Of a stretch of DNA of 64,000 bases, positions 47,899 through 57,760 are shown one piece after another (within the stretch, counting starts at the first letter, position 1; the number at the start of each line of letters is the position of its first letter). A model generated the notes under the pieces. It saw only the letters and a program-made list of their open reading frames with translations. It had not been told where the DNA came from and did no database searches. The DNA is taken from the sequence record MK773491.1; one strand, given 5' to 3'. Both the position numbers and the translations under genes were made by a program.

Positions 47899-48472
47899 GT
47901 TATTCTTCAACGATGTGAAAGAGGCATTTGATGCATTAGATCATTACCGTAATATTGAAAAACAACTTCACCGGATGTGTATTGATGAAAATGGTATACG
48001 TCATAGTCATTCACTTGAGTACGATTGGAGTACAAAAGAACCTTATTATGAAGGTTACCAATATTCAGCATTTATTGATTCATCTGATGCAAGTATTCAA
48101 CATGTATACAACTACAGAATAAGAACAGTAAATCAAGAAAATTTACCACATTCTCAAATATATGTTAGTCCTTCAGGAAAAATCTATTCGTATAGATTTA
48201 TTCCACAGAATATGGATGACTTTATAATTCGTTTTAAAATACAAGCTGGTATACCCGCTGAAGAATATAAAATATCAGAAGTACTAAAAGAAGAAGTATA
48301 TTTTATGTTAAGTACTATAATGGATATACCAAGTATTGAAGATTTTAAAAATTTGTATATTTTTTCACAAAAAGTTCGCCCATTACTTATGCGTGATAAG
48401 ATGGTGATGGAAGGTAGTTTTCCATCAATATTCATACAAAATCATTGCAAAGCTGTCTTAGGTGGTGTATAA
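47888..48472 (+). CDS. FQ-family paralog (EEVYFMLSTIM)
   Basis: Start moved to MNFEL after GGAG; motif. Confidence 0.8.
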   Translation: MNFELFFNDVKEAFDALDHYRNIEKQLHRMCIDENGIRHSHSLEYDWSTKEPYYEGYQYSAFIDSSDASIQHVYNYRIRTVNQENLPHSQIYVSPSGKIYSYRFIPQNMDDFIIRFKIQAGIPAEEYKISEVLKEEVYFMLSTIMDIPSIEDFKNLYIFSQKVRPLLMRDKMVMEGSFPSIFIQNHCKAVLGGV

Positions 48473-49011
48473 TGACTCTTCTAGAAATTATAGAATGCAT
48501 GGAATCATTGTATATTCGTAATCAATCTGAACCAGATTATTTTGATTATGAAAATGAAAGATTCCGAGTATTCACAACGACTTATAAAGTAGGTGTATTT
48601 GATAAGAAATGTATGGATGAAATCATTACAATTTTCGATACTTGTAGATCATCCATCAAAGAATCTTTTCCTTATATGAATACTTTTGATGGATGTGCAT
48701 CTCCAAGATTTTCTATTTCATCATCATTTGAAAGCGATTCATTAGTACTTGATAGATTTGTCAAAGTACCAAACAAACACTTTTATGAAAGTGCTGGTGA
48801 TGTTACTATTTTGAAACTTAAAGAACTTAGTGATGAATATGTATTCCAATTGAGTACTATGTATAATTTGGGGGATATTGAAAACATCAAGAAACTACCT
48901 AAAATACTTCCAGTACTTGGAACATATTGTGATGTGAAGCAACGAAGATTGTTTATTATGAATCGTTACGATTTTGATAATATGCCATTTACCGAGGACA
49001 TGTTTAAATGA
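48472..49011 (+). CDS. FQ-motif paralog (EYVFQLSTMY)
   Basis: TAATG coupling; motif. Confidence 0.85.
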   Translation: MTLLEIIECMESLYIRNQSEPDYFDYENERFRVFTTTYKVGVFDKKCMDEIITIFDTCRSSIKESFPYMNTFDGCASPRFSISSSFESDSLVLDRFVKVPNKHFYESAGDVTILKLKELSDEYVFQLSTMYNLGDIENIKKLPKILPVLGTYCDVKQRRLFIMNRYDFDNMPFTEDMFK

Positions 49012-49646
49012 AAAATATACAACCTTTATTATTCTTTTTTGAATTGGTTAATCAATGGCGGTTCAGTTATGCAGTGGATGTATTCAATTTAAAGCCAACT
49101 AAAAAATACTCAAAAATGTTTGAAGAAATCTATGTTGGGCTTTCTCATCCACAAAGTCAATTTGAAATGTACTACACTAGTAAAAAGAGGACTGGTGCTA
49201 TTGGTTTGTTAGTTGAAGATAAAAGTATAGGACAACCTGTACTCTTTGGTGATCTTCAAGCATTTGGGTATAGAACGGTAATGCATCATGATTGGATGTA
49301 CTTACCAATGGGAACAAATAAAATTGTTTATGCTAATGCTGAAGATATTGAAGTAAATCCAGATATTATGGAAGATGAACATTTTCAGCTAATGATGTTA
49401 CATACATTACCTGAGTTTGAACACATTAAACCTGCAATTGAAGTACACGATTACTTGAAACCAATTGTCCAGAAGCATGATATTGGTTTTGATATTTCAT
49501 ATGAACACTTGAAAACTGATTTTAGCGGTTTTGTTCCGAGTGCTCATGCATTAGATACCATTGATTCTATATATGCAAATGCATTAGAACTATATTACGA
49601 GGCAGAAGAACATGGCAACCCATTCAGTAATTACATTGTATCATAA
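49008..49646 (+). CDS. FQ-motif paralog (DEHFQLMMLH)
   Basis: ATGA coupling; motif. Confidence 0.85.
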   Translation: MKNIQPLLFFFELVNQWRFSYAVDVFNLKPTKKYSKMFEEIYVGLSHPQSQFEMYYTSKKRTGAIGLLVEDKSIGQPVLFGDLQAFGYRTVMHHDWMYLPMGTNKIVYANAEDIEVNPDIMEDEHFQLMMLHTLPEFEHIKPAIEVHDYLKPIVQKHDIGFDISYEHLKTDFSGFVPSAHALDTIDSIYANALELYYEAEEHGNPFSNYIVS

Positions 49647-50763
49647 CTTGATGAAATTATGCGAAAAGAATGAAGCATTTTATTGGAAAGATAGTACTTC
49701 CGTCGGTGGTGGTATCTTCCGTACATTTGCATATCGTTTAGCATCGTATAGTGATTTTTTAGAACCAGACGCATTAGAGTGTCGTGGAATTATGTTTGAA
49801 GTACGTCCTGATGGTTCAATGATCCGTGTAGCATGTCGTACTCCACAGAAATTCTTCAATGCTTATGAAAACCCATTTGTGATGTTTCCTAAAGACATGT
49901 TAAGTACTGAAATCGTGCTTGCTATGGATAAGCGTGATGGTTCGATTATCAGTACTTTTCGTGACAATGATGAAGTTATCCGTACAAAGTCCCATACATC
50001 CATGCACAGCGACCATGCAATCAATTCTACGGCGTTAATTCACGCAGATGATGAATTGCATCAGGCAATTATTGAAGCTGATTCAGCGATGTACACGGTG
50101 AATTTGGAGTATACTTCCCCTGAGTTCAGGATTGTGTTACCATATCAGAAAGACGAATTGACAGTACTAAACTTACGTCATCGTCAGACTGGTGATTTAC
50201 TAGTTGGTGAAGCGTTGAAGAAACGTTTTCCAGTACTGTACAAAAAATCAGTATTTTCTATGAACGGGGATATTGACAAATCCTTCCCGATGTGTCATAC
50301 TTTAAAGGATTCGATTAATGCGGTCTATGGTATGACTGACATTGAAGGTTTTGTTGTGCAATTAAAAGATGGGACTATGTTTAAGATTAAGACTGAGTGG
50401 TATTGTGCATTGCACTTCACGAAGGATAGTATCAACGTAGATTCTCGTTTATATGAAGCAGTACTTCAAGGTGGTTCTGATGACTTAAAACAGTTGTTTG
50501 CTACTGATCAGTACTGTCTAGATAAGATTGCACGTATGGAGCAATTAGTATTTTCAACATACAATCATTTACAGACTGAGGTACAGGAGTTTGTAGATGC
50601 GAATAAACATCTTGATCGTAAAGAGTTTGCGTTAACGGTACAGAGGGATTTACCTAACGAACTCAATCGTCAGGGACTTGCTTTTTCGTTGTATAACAAA
50701 AAGGCAGTTGATTATAAAGAAGTAATGTTGAAATACATGAAGAATGTATTAGAGAACTTCTAA
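49612..50763 (+). CDS. rnlA: T4 Rnl1-type RNA ligase
   Basis: FAYRLASYSDFLEPDALECRGIMF, KFFN, KRDGS adenylation motif, IEGFV, FKIKTEWY. Confidence 0.95.
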   Translation: MATHSVITLYHNLMKLCEKNEAFYWKDSTSVGGGIFRTFAYRLASYSDFLEPDALECRGIMFEVRPDGSMIRVACRTPQKFFNAYENPFVMFPKDMLSTEIVLAMDKRDGSIISTFRDNDEVIRTKSHTSMHSDHAINSTALIHADDELHQAIIEADSAMYTVNLEYTSPEFRIVLPYQKDELTVLNLRHRQTGDLLVGEALKKRFPVLYKKSVFSMNGDIDKSFPMCHTLKDSINAVYGMTDIEGFVVQLKDGTMFKIKTEWYCALHFTKDSINVDSRLYEAVLQGGSDDLKQLFATDQYCLDKIARMEQLVFSTYNHLQTEVQEFVDANKHLDRKEFALTVQRDLPNELNRQGLAFSLYNKKAVDYKEVMLKYMKNVLENF

Positions 50764-50791
50764 TGCATAGAAGCCAAGACATGGAGAAGTT

Positions 50792-51055
50792 ATGGCTAAT
50801 ACAAAATATAAATTGAAAAAGGGAGAAACCCGTACTCCAGAAGAACATAGAAAAATACTTCAAGAGATTGACGCTTTGCAGTCCAAACGCTCCCATGCGG
50901 GGGTGAAGAAGAGTAAGAAGCGGATTGCCAATACATTTGGTATCAGTAGCACTATGTATAAGAAGGAGCACAAACCCAAGAAACCTAAGAAAGAGCGTAT
51001 CTATGATCAAAATAGATACATTCAGAATATGGGGAGAACGGATTATCGTGACTAA
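50792..51055 (+). CDS. Basic hypothetical protein
   Basis: GGAG RBS, Lys/Arg-rich. Confidence 0.75.
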   Translation: MANTKYKLKKGETRTPEEHRKILQEIDALQSKRSHAGVKKSKKRIANTFGISSTMYKKEHKPKKPKKERIYDQNRYIQNMGRTDYRD

Positions 51056-51275
51056 TCGACGCATTGATGTACTTTCTATAAAGTACTATGATGAGATTTG
51101 GTATTGCATTGAAGCGAAATCTGGTATATCATCGAGTGACATTGATGATATTTTTCAACACTGTCAGGGTATCGGCAATAAGATTTATAAAATTGACGGT
51201 AGCTTGTATTTTGATTCAGAATCGTTATTCAATATAGATTTGATGTTCAACAAATATGATTTTATTAACGCATAG
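51048..51275 (+). CDS. Hypothetical protein
   Basis: GTG start after GGAGA, overlapping the upstream stop. Confidence 0.65.
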   Translation: MTNRRIDVLSIKYYDEIWYCIEAKSGISSSDIDDIFQHCQGIGNKIYKIDGSLYFDSESLFNIDLMFNKYDFINA

Positions 51276-51284
51276 GAGAATACC

Positions 51285-51539
51285 ATGAAAGTAGAAGTTA
51301 CTCATAGCATTGTTCAGGACATGTCTGTAGTTAAATTTTTCTCACTTGGTGACTATCGTCGTTGTATATCATTTCTACAAACGTCTAAACTATCATGGAC
51401 GCCACTCAAATATAGTTCCGCAAAAGATACTGCAAGTATTCGTGTAGATGAGCATGTCTTGAACATTATTACTGATAAATTTGGAGTAAACAAAAATGCC
51501 AACACTAACATTAACGGTGGGACTTCCGGGGTGCGGTAA
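51285..51539 (+). CDS. Hypothetical protein
   Basis: AGGAG RBS. Confidence 0.75.
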   Translation: MKVEVTHSIVQDMSVVKFFSLGDYRRCISFLQTSKLSWTPLKYSSAKDTASIRVDEHVLNIITDKFGVNKNANTNINGGTSGVR

Positions 51540-52425
51540 AAGTACTTGGGCTAATGAACAAGTTCGTATTGCAAAGTCCAAAACAGTGAACGTCAACCTT
51601 GATGATGTTCGCCAAACAATGGCTGGTACACACCAAAACTACAAGTTCCGCAAAGATAACGAACAGTACGTACAATCTGTACAGTGCAGTGCAGCGGAAC
51701 ATGCAGTTCAAAACAAATGGAACGTCATCGTTTCTGATACCAACCTAAACCCAACAGTACGGGCAAAATGGAAAGCATTCGCTAAAGAACATGGCTATAC
51801 CTATAAAGAACAAAACTTCTTCACTGAATTCAAGAAGGATAAAACGTTTGAGCATGAATTCTTTGCTGTTAAGGCATTCGTAAAACAATGCAAAGAGCGT
51901 AACATCCTTCGTTCGAAAGTAGTACCAGAAGAAATTATCAATGATATGGCTATGAAGTACTTCTTTACTTTCCAAAAAGTACATAATACTCCTGAAGTAC
52001 TAGCTAGTTCAGAAGAGTATATCATCGTTGATATCGATGGAACACTTGCACACATGGGTTCTCGTAACCCTTTTGATGAGTCACGTGTAATCGAAGATGC
52101 CCCAGACCCGGAAGTAATTCTTTCTGTACTTGCAGAAGCACAATTTCTAGGTCGTAAAGTTATCATCATGAGTGGTCGTCATGAAACTTGTAAGGAAGAT
52201 ACTATCAAGTGGTTGAAGATGCATAATGTCCCATTTGATCATATTTTCATGCGGGGTGAAAACGACAACCGCAGCGACGACATTGTGAAATATGAGTTGT
52301 ATATGACTCATGTTTATGGTAAGATGAATGTAGTCAAAGTGTTCGATGACCGTTCAAAAGTTGTTGACATGTGGCGTAACCTAATCGGTCTAAAAGTCTT
52401 TGCCGTTGCTGATGGTAATTTCTAA
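51496..52425 (+). CDS. pseT: Polynucleotide 5'-kinase/3'-phosphatase
   Basis: GLPGCGKST P-loop, DIDGTLA HAD motif, SGR, FDDR. Confidence 0.95.
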   Translation: MPTLTLTVGLPGCGKSTWANEQVRIAKSKTVNVNLDDVRQTMAGTHQNYKFRKDNEQYVQSVQCSAAEHAVQNKWNVIVSDTNLNPTVRAKWKAFAKEHGYTYKEQNFFTEFKKDKTFEHEFFAVKAFVKQCKERNILRSKVVPEEIINDMAMKYFFTFQKVHNTPEVLASSEEYIIVDIDGTLAHMGSRNPFDESRVIEDAPDPEVILSVLAEAQFLGRKVIIMSGRHETCKEDTIKWLKMHNVPFDHIFMRGENDNRSDDIVKYELYMTHVYGKMNVVKVFDDRSKVVDMWRNLIGLKVFAVADGNF

Positions 52426-52429
52426 TCTT

Positions 52430-52455
52430 ATGGTAGTGTTCGCACTACCATTTTT
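52430..52455 (+). terminator. Intrinsic terminator with UUCG loop
   Basis: TGGTAGTG-TTCG-CACTACCA-TTTTT. Confidence 0.85.
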
Positions 52456-52466
52456 AAGGAGTACAT

Positions 52467-52856
52467 ATGGAATATTCATTTTTTATGGGTAGGCGTGGTG
52501 AAGAAGGTCTAGGTGAAGTAGTTAGAATGATTCGTTTCGACCAAACTATCGAAGTCTTTATGGTAGTAGTTGAAATGAATGACGATGGTACTTTCAATAC
52601 AATAGATGAACTCGGATGTGTTAAAGCAACATATCACCTAACTCGTAAAGTACATTTAGGTAATGGAATCAGTGCTGATGTATATTATTCTGAAGATACT
52701 GATATTTCATACGTAAACATTGCACAAGCTGCACCTGCCTTTAGAAAAAGAACTTCTTCCTTTATTGGTCAGCAATTTGAAAATAACTATAAAGGATATT
52801 TCTATATTGCACATGTGGGTGGTAAGAATCGTGTTGTAAAAGTACTAACAGAATAG
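52467..52856 (+). CDS. Hypothetical protein
   Basis: AGGAG RBS. Confidence 0.8.
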   Translation: MEYSFFMGRRGEEGLGEVVRMIRFDQTIEVFMVVVEMNDDGTFNTIDELGCVKATYHLTRKVHLGNGISADVYYSEDTDISYVNIAQAAPAFRKRTSSFIGQQFENNYKGYFYIAHVGGKNRVVKVLTE

Positions 52857-52864
52857 GAGTTACA

Positions 52865-53134
52865 ATGATTAGAATTTCTATTACTTGTGATCAGGTAGGT
52901 CGCGGAAAAACATTAATGTCTATGAAATTAGCCAAACTTCTGAGTGAGAATGGTTTTGATGTAACTGTACTAACTGAACCTGCAAGTGAAAGTGTGTTAA
53001 ACTATATGTTAGATTCTCCTTTTGAAAACTTCAAGAGGATTGATCGTGATGTGGTTATTCATGATACCAATGGTACAAAATATAATCCTAATCTTCATGT
53101 GGATTATCGTTTCAAAAAAAGGAAAACTGAGTGA
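52865..53134 (+). CDS. Small protein with P-loop-like GRGKT
   Basis: AGGAG RBS. Confidence 0.7.
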   Translation: MIRISITCDQVGRGKTLMSMKLAKLLSENGFDVTVLTEPASESVLNYMLDSPFENFKRIDRDVVIHDTNGTKYNPNLHVDYRFKKRKTE

Positions 53135-53334
53135 TTATATTTTTAACAATCTATCTAACTGTTGCAGTAGTAATTCTAGTATTAGGTCTTATTGCAGAAT
53201 TTTGTGTTTCTAATGATAAATTCTTCCTTCTGATTGGCGGTGTCTGTGTATTAATTGGGGCAGTACTTTGGCCTTTATTATTAATACTTCTAATATATGA
53301 TTTTATTAAACATATTTGGTGGAAATTTAGGTGA
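53131..53334 (+). CDS. Membrane protein
   Basis: Two TM segments, LWP motif. Confidence 0.75.
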   Translation: MIIFLTIYLTVAVVILVLGLIAEFCVSNDKFFLLIGGVCVLIGAVLWPLLLILLIYDFIKHIWWKFR

Positions 53335-53585
53335 GTATTATAACAATTGCAGTTGTAGTATGGCTGACTGGATTCATCGGCGGCATGGGTGTATTACTAT
53401 ACGACTATCGAGATTATGGAAGGACTGTATATTTGCCAGAGTTTCTTAAAGATACTCTATTGACATTTGTACTTTGGCCTTGTATAGTACACCATATCAT
53501 TTGGTATTCAATTCGTGGGTTTTTACGCCTGATCGGTGTTGATATAGAAAAATTAAAAAATATTAAAATAACAAAAGGAGAATGA
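53331..53585 (+). CDS. Membrane protein
   Basis: Two TM segments, LWP motif like the preceding gene. Confidence 0.75.
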   Translation: MSIITIAVVVWLTGFIGGMGVLLYDYRDYGRTVYLPEFLKDTLLTFVLWPCIVHHIIWYSIRGFLRLIGVDIEKLKNIKITKGE

Positions 53586-53586
53586 C

Positions 53587-53814
53587 ATGGGCGAGAAGTC
53601 TATTGTTGAGCAAGAAATTGAAGTACGTATCGAAGAAATCACTATCAAAATTAAAGAGCTAATGGATCTCGCTGACCGCAACAACGTTAACTTTAGCCTT
53701 GATATTGTCAATAAAGATTTCTATTGTGAAAAATACATTGAAGATGATGAATGGCTAAATGATTACCACGGCGGTAATGGTGGTGCATGGTTATCTAGTT
53801 CTGATTTCTGCTAA
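53587..53814 (+). CDS. Hypothetical protein (W.SS..C end)
   Basis: AGGAG RBS. Confidence 0.85.
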   Translation: MGEKSIVEQEIEVRIEEITIKIKELMDLADRNNVNFSLDIVNKDFYCEKYIEDDEWLNDYHGGNGGAWLSSSDFC

Positions 53815-53851
53815 TAATTATTGGGGATATTGATATCCCCATTTAAGTGAG

Positions 53852-54427
53852 GTGTATATGAATTATGAAATAATGTCGGATGAAGAATTGCAAACATCTT
53901 TAGAATCTGTGAATTTTATTGTTCAAACACAACAAGAACGTATAAAACATATCGAAAACACCTTAAAAGAACACATTAATATTTCAAATGAAATTAATGT
54001 GGAAATCGATAAGAGAAAAATTTCTAAAATTATATATGCATCACTGGAAGAACAATTTAAATTCTTCAGTACTGAAATATCATCTTATAATACAACATAT
54101 ATGTATCATAAATGTAAACAGTTCTTTAATGTAATGAAACTGGAAAAAACCGAATATAACTTCAGATGGTATGCTAGTTGTGATTACATTAAAAATAAAA
54201 GAGATGACATTAAACAATATTTGAATTATGCATTTTTAAATTGTAACCCAATTCTAGTAATGGAAAGTTTTGAAGGTTATCATATTGAAGTTGTTGGTGA
54301 CCATCGTGTGCATAAAATAATGTATTATCCTTCTAAGAATCTATATTGTGCAGAAGGTACATACTTACGTCAATACAAAACAATTGATGAATTGTTAGAT
54401 TATATGTTGGAGGACACCATATGTTAG
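53852..54427 (+). CDS. Hypothetical protein
   Basis: GAGGT RBS. Confidence 0.8.
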   Translation: MYMNYEIMSDEELQTSLESVNFIVQTQQERIKHIENTLKEHINISNEINVEIDKRKISKIIYASLEEQFKFFSTEISSYNTTYMYHKCKQFFNVMKLEKTEYNFRWYASCDYIKNKRDDIKQYLNYAFLNCNPILVMESFEGYHIEVVGDHRVHKIMYYPSKNLYCAEGTYLRQYKTIDELLDYMLEDTIC

Positions 54428-55311
54428 TTATTGGTTCACAAGCATTCAGAAAATTTAAACCTAATATTGTTCCAAAAGATTTGGATTATATGTGCACGAA
54501 TGATGAATTGGATGAACAAATTAAGTACTTTAGTACTTATAAAAATTTCGAATTGGTAACGAGAACTGAAACATACTGTCATTTAAAATTCAATAATATG
54601 AATTACGAGTTCTATATTGCCAAAGATAATAATAGTACTGAACAATTACTTCGTTATTGTAATGCTATTGGTACTGATGTTTATGCACCACTAGATGTAT
54701 TATATGCAATTAAACTATCCCATCGTTATCTACGTAATAGTCCTCATTTCATTAAGACACGAACTGATATTCGTGATATGGAGCGAATGGGTGCTAATGT
54801 TTTCGATCCAGATTTGAAACGTATTCTTGAATTACGTGAGAAAGAAACATATAATTATAGTCATCCAGTACTTGATCAACCAAAAGAAACCTTCTTTCAA
54901 GATGAAGTGGGATATATTTACGATCATGATACTATACATGAAGCCATCGCCATTATGGACAAACCAGCTTATAAGAACTATATGAAAGATGGTGCTGAAG
55001 TAATGGTAGATAAAAAGAAATTTTTTGAATGTAATGAACATATTCAACTTCTAGGTGTGTATGAAGAAACTTGTGTTCTAGCACTAGAACGTTGTTTAGT
55101 TCCATATCCAGATGTGCGTCCAAAGGATGCATTCATTACAGCCTTGATTAAGGTTTGTACTAGTATTACTAGTGGATGGTTCCGTGAATTTGCATATAAC
55201 AATTTTTATAAAGTAATTCAGATGTATCGGGAATTCGGTGAAGATGACTTTGTGCAACGTTTCAATGCAAATCAGCACATGATTAAACCATTCAAAGAGG
55301 AAGTGAAATGA
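54421..55311 (+). CDS. Conserved phage protein with pol-beta-type nucleotidyltransferase-like motif
   Basis: LVIGSQA...PKDLDY; YDHDTIHEAIA. Confidence 0.6.
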   Translation: MLVIGSQAFRKFKPNIVPKDLDYMCTNDELDEQIKYFSTYKNFELVTRTETYCHLKFNNMNYEFYIAKDNNSTEQLLRYCNAIGTDVYAPLDVLYAIKLSHRYLRNSPHFIKTRTDIRDMERMGANVFDPDLKRILELREKETYNYSHPVLDQPKETFFQDEVGYIYDHDTIHEAIAIMDKPAYKNYMKDGAEVMVDKKKFFECNEHIQLLGVYEETCVLALERCLVPYPDVRPKDAFITALIKVCTSITSGWFREFAYNNFYKVIQMYREFGEDDFVQRFNANQHMIKPFKEEVK

Positions 55312-55637
55312 GAGAAGAAAAAATCTATTATTCCGATTCTGGTGAGCAGTTCTATGATATTGACGAAGCCTGTATCAATGACCGTGTTCAGGAATTAAAA
55401 AAACAAGCTGCTGCAATTTATCAAAAACTTGAAAAGATTACGGATAATTGTCAACACAATCACATGACGATTAAATTATATTCTGATACTGGAAACTATT
55501 GCCGAAGTGATGATTCGTATTGGTACGAAGCTAAATGCCGTGCTTGTGGTAAAACATGGAACGTAGATCAAGACGAAGATAGTATAGTTAAAGAACGCCA
55601 TCGTAGTGGTGACCGCAGAGTGATTATACAAAAATGA
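55308..55637 (+). CDS. Zn-binding hypothetical protein (CQH...CRAC)
   Basis: Coupled ORF. Confidence 0.8.
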   Translation: MREEKIYYSDSGEQFYDIDEACINDRVQELKKQAAAIYQKLEKITDNCQHNHMTIKLYSDTGNYCRSDDSYWYEAKCRACGKTWNVDQDEDSIVKERHRSGDRRVIIQK

Positions 55638-56323
55638 CCGTACAGGAATATATACATATTCTTACAGACCGATATAATAGACAAACAGAAATTACAAAAA
55701 TAACTAACAAGTTATCTATTAGATTGTATCCATTATACGATGAAAAACATAGGCTGCATGGTGAGTATCTAGATTTACAGTACTCATTAGGCTCATCACA
55801 TTCTGATACATATTCTAAAAATAAAGAAGTTGAGAAAATATCAAAAGAAATTCTTGAAGAAGAAAAATCTCTTGGTATTACTGAATTGAATAAGGAATAT
55901 GACGAATTAGAAATTGAAATTGAACGTATTTGTGATAATGCAGAAGTTGAACTTACTGAATACGAGTACCATAGTAATACAATAATATGCGGTACTTCAA
56001 AACAAAATACATTCTTTTCTGAAAATGGTTTTAGATCATTTAGTGTATATGTATCACACGATACAAGAGCACAACTTTATGTATTAAAGAAATCGTTTGA
56101 TTACGAAAATGGTCATATATTTTTAGAAAATATGAGTCCTTTCTTGAAGTTTAATGCGATGATTAATGGTATTGATTGCATTGAGATTGGTTCATTTGAA
56201 AGTGAAAGTGATTATACTATAATTCATTACAATGATGTATGGGCGATAAGAATAGAATCGGATATAGTATTCGAGCATTCTGAATGTAAGGAAGTGCTTC
56301 AGTACTATAATTTTATAAGGTAA
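55634..56323 (+). CDS. Hypothetical protein
   Basis: Coupled ORF. Confidence 0.8.
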   Translation: MTVQEYIHILTDRYNRQTEITKITNKLSIRLYPLYDEKHRLHGEYLDLQYSLGSSHSDTYSKNKEVEKISKEILEEEKSLGITELNKEYDELEIEIERICDNAEVELTEYEYHSNTIICGTSKQNTFFSENGFRSFSVYVSHDTRAQLYVLKKSFDYENGHIFLENMSPFLKFNAMINGIDCIEIGSFESESDYTIIHYNDVWAIRIESDIVFEHSECKEVLQYYNFIR

Positions 56324-56326
56324 AAT

Positions 56327-57070
56327 ATGAATCATTATCAAAAAATAGTAGTACCTGATGATAAAGAATTGTTTATCGTCGGAGACTTACATGGTAATGC
56401 AGATCTTTATGACCGGACTCTTCATGAGTTCGGTATTACTGATAAGGATTATGTATTCAGTGTAGGTGATGTAATTGACCGTGGTGAACGTAGTGCACGA
56501 TTACTTTTTGAATTCCTATTCAAACCAAATCGTTATATGATTCTCGGAAATCATGAACATATGTGTATTATGGGCGAAACTCGTCGTGATTTTTATCATT
56601 GTCATATGCAAAATGGTGGAGATAAATTCCTTGACGAAGTAGGTGAAAGTGGTATACAATTCTTTAGACAGTACTTAGACCAACTTCCACTCATCATTGA
56701 AATCCACCACAGAGGTATGAAAATCGGCCTAGTACATGGTGGTGTTCCTCTACGCTATACGGATTGGAGTACGTTCGTTAATGATGTTAAGCCTATGCGT
56801 TGGGATTTAATTGAGGAAATTATTTGGGATCGTAAAGTGTTTGACCAATGCAATAACAATAAAACACCGAATGCTCCTAAAATAAATGGTATCGATTATG
56901 TCATTTCAGGACACACTGGTGTTGTTGATCCACTAATGTACGGCAACCGTATTTGGATTGATAGCCAGTTCCTAAGTGGTGATCTAACATTTACTATGTT
57001 CAGTGGTAATACCCCACGTCACTTCCGTAGGGAACATGATGAGCATAGCTTCAACCGTTTCAAGAGGTAA
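56327..57070 (+). CDS. Ser/Thr protein phosphatase (lambda/PphA-type)
   Basis: GDLHG, VGDVIDRG, LGNHE, VHGG, SGHT, IWID. Confidence 0.9.
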   Translation: MNHYQKIVVPDDKELFIVGDLHGNADLYDRTLHEFGITDKDYVFSVGDVIDRGERSARLLFEFLFKPNRYMILGNHEHMCIMGETRRDFYHCHMQNGGDKFLDEVGESGIQFFRQYLDQLPLIIEIHHRGMKIGLVHGGVPLRYTDWSTFVNDVKPMRWDLIEEIIWDRKVFDQCNNNKTPNAPKINGIDYVISGHTGVVDPLMYGNRIWIDSQFLSGDLTFTMFSGNTPRHFRREHDEHSFNRFKR

Positions 57071-57071
57071 T

Positions 57072-57527
57072 ATGAAATTATATCTACTAACTAATACATA
57101 TTGTGGTGGTCAACATGCTGGTATTCAAGGTGTTCATTCTGCAACTCGTTTACTTGGAAAGTACACGTTTGATGACCGTGATTGGAAAGATGAATCTACT
57201 GCAATCTATGATTGGTACAATAACCACGAAACTGTAGTACTATTAAATAGTGGTCGTGATCATTTTTCTATGCTAGAACTTGAAAAAGAACTAGAAGAAT
57301 TAGAACGCGAAGAAAAACCAACCTTTAAAAAACTTCCATTTGCTGTATTCCGTGAACCGGGAATGAATAATTCCATTAGTAGTATTGCTGTACTATGCAG
57401 TACTGAAATGGTTACGGATATGGGTTCGATGCGTTCGAGTCTTATGGATTCCTTAAACATGATTCATAAGTATGGGAATATTCTAGGAAATATTCTAATC
57501 GATATTACTTATATGAGAACCATGTAA
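57072..57527 (+). CDS. Peptidyl-tRNA hydrolase 2 (PTH2)-like protein
   Basis: Start moved to ATG 57072 after GAGGT; AGIQGVHS, ETVVLLN, FREPGMN..ISSIAV. Confidence 0.55.
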   Translation: MKLYLLTNTYCGGQHAGIQGVHSATRLLGKYTFDDRDWKDESTAIYDWYNNHETVVLLNSGRDHFSMLELEKELEELEREEKPTFKKLPFAVFREPGMNNSISSIAVLCSTEMVTDMGSMRSSLMDSLNMIHKYGNILGNILIDITYMRTM

Positions 57528-57760
57528 TGAAGATAATTACTGAAGTGAAAACTATATACAAATATCAGGCCGACGATGGTACAATATTTGATAATAGAAA
57601 AGACGCTGAACATCGTGACAAAGTTTTAAAAGGTCTTATCAGGTTTTGTGATAATTGTGGTGGTCTTGGTGAAATACCCGACGAAGAATTCCGTAGATAT
57701 TATAAATGTAGTTCTTGTGCAGGAAAAGGATGGCAAGAAAAAGTGGAGGTGTGGAAATGA
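57527..57760 (+). CDS. Zn-finger protein (CDNCGG..CSSCAGKG)
   Basis: DnaJ-like CxxCxGxG repeats. Confidence 0.8.
   Translation: MKIITEVKTIYKYQADDGTIFDNRKDAEHRDKVLKGLIRFCDNCGGLGEIPDEEFRRYYKCSSCAGKGWQEKVEVWK

Noticed and set aside
52865-53134. Functional P-loop NTPase
   Set aside because: Only 89 aa with GRGKT; too short to call an enzyme
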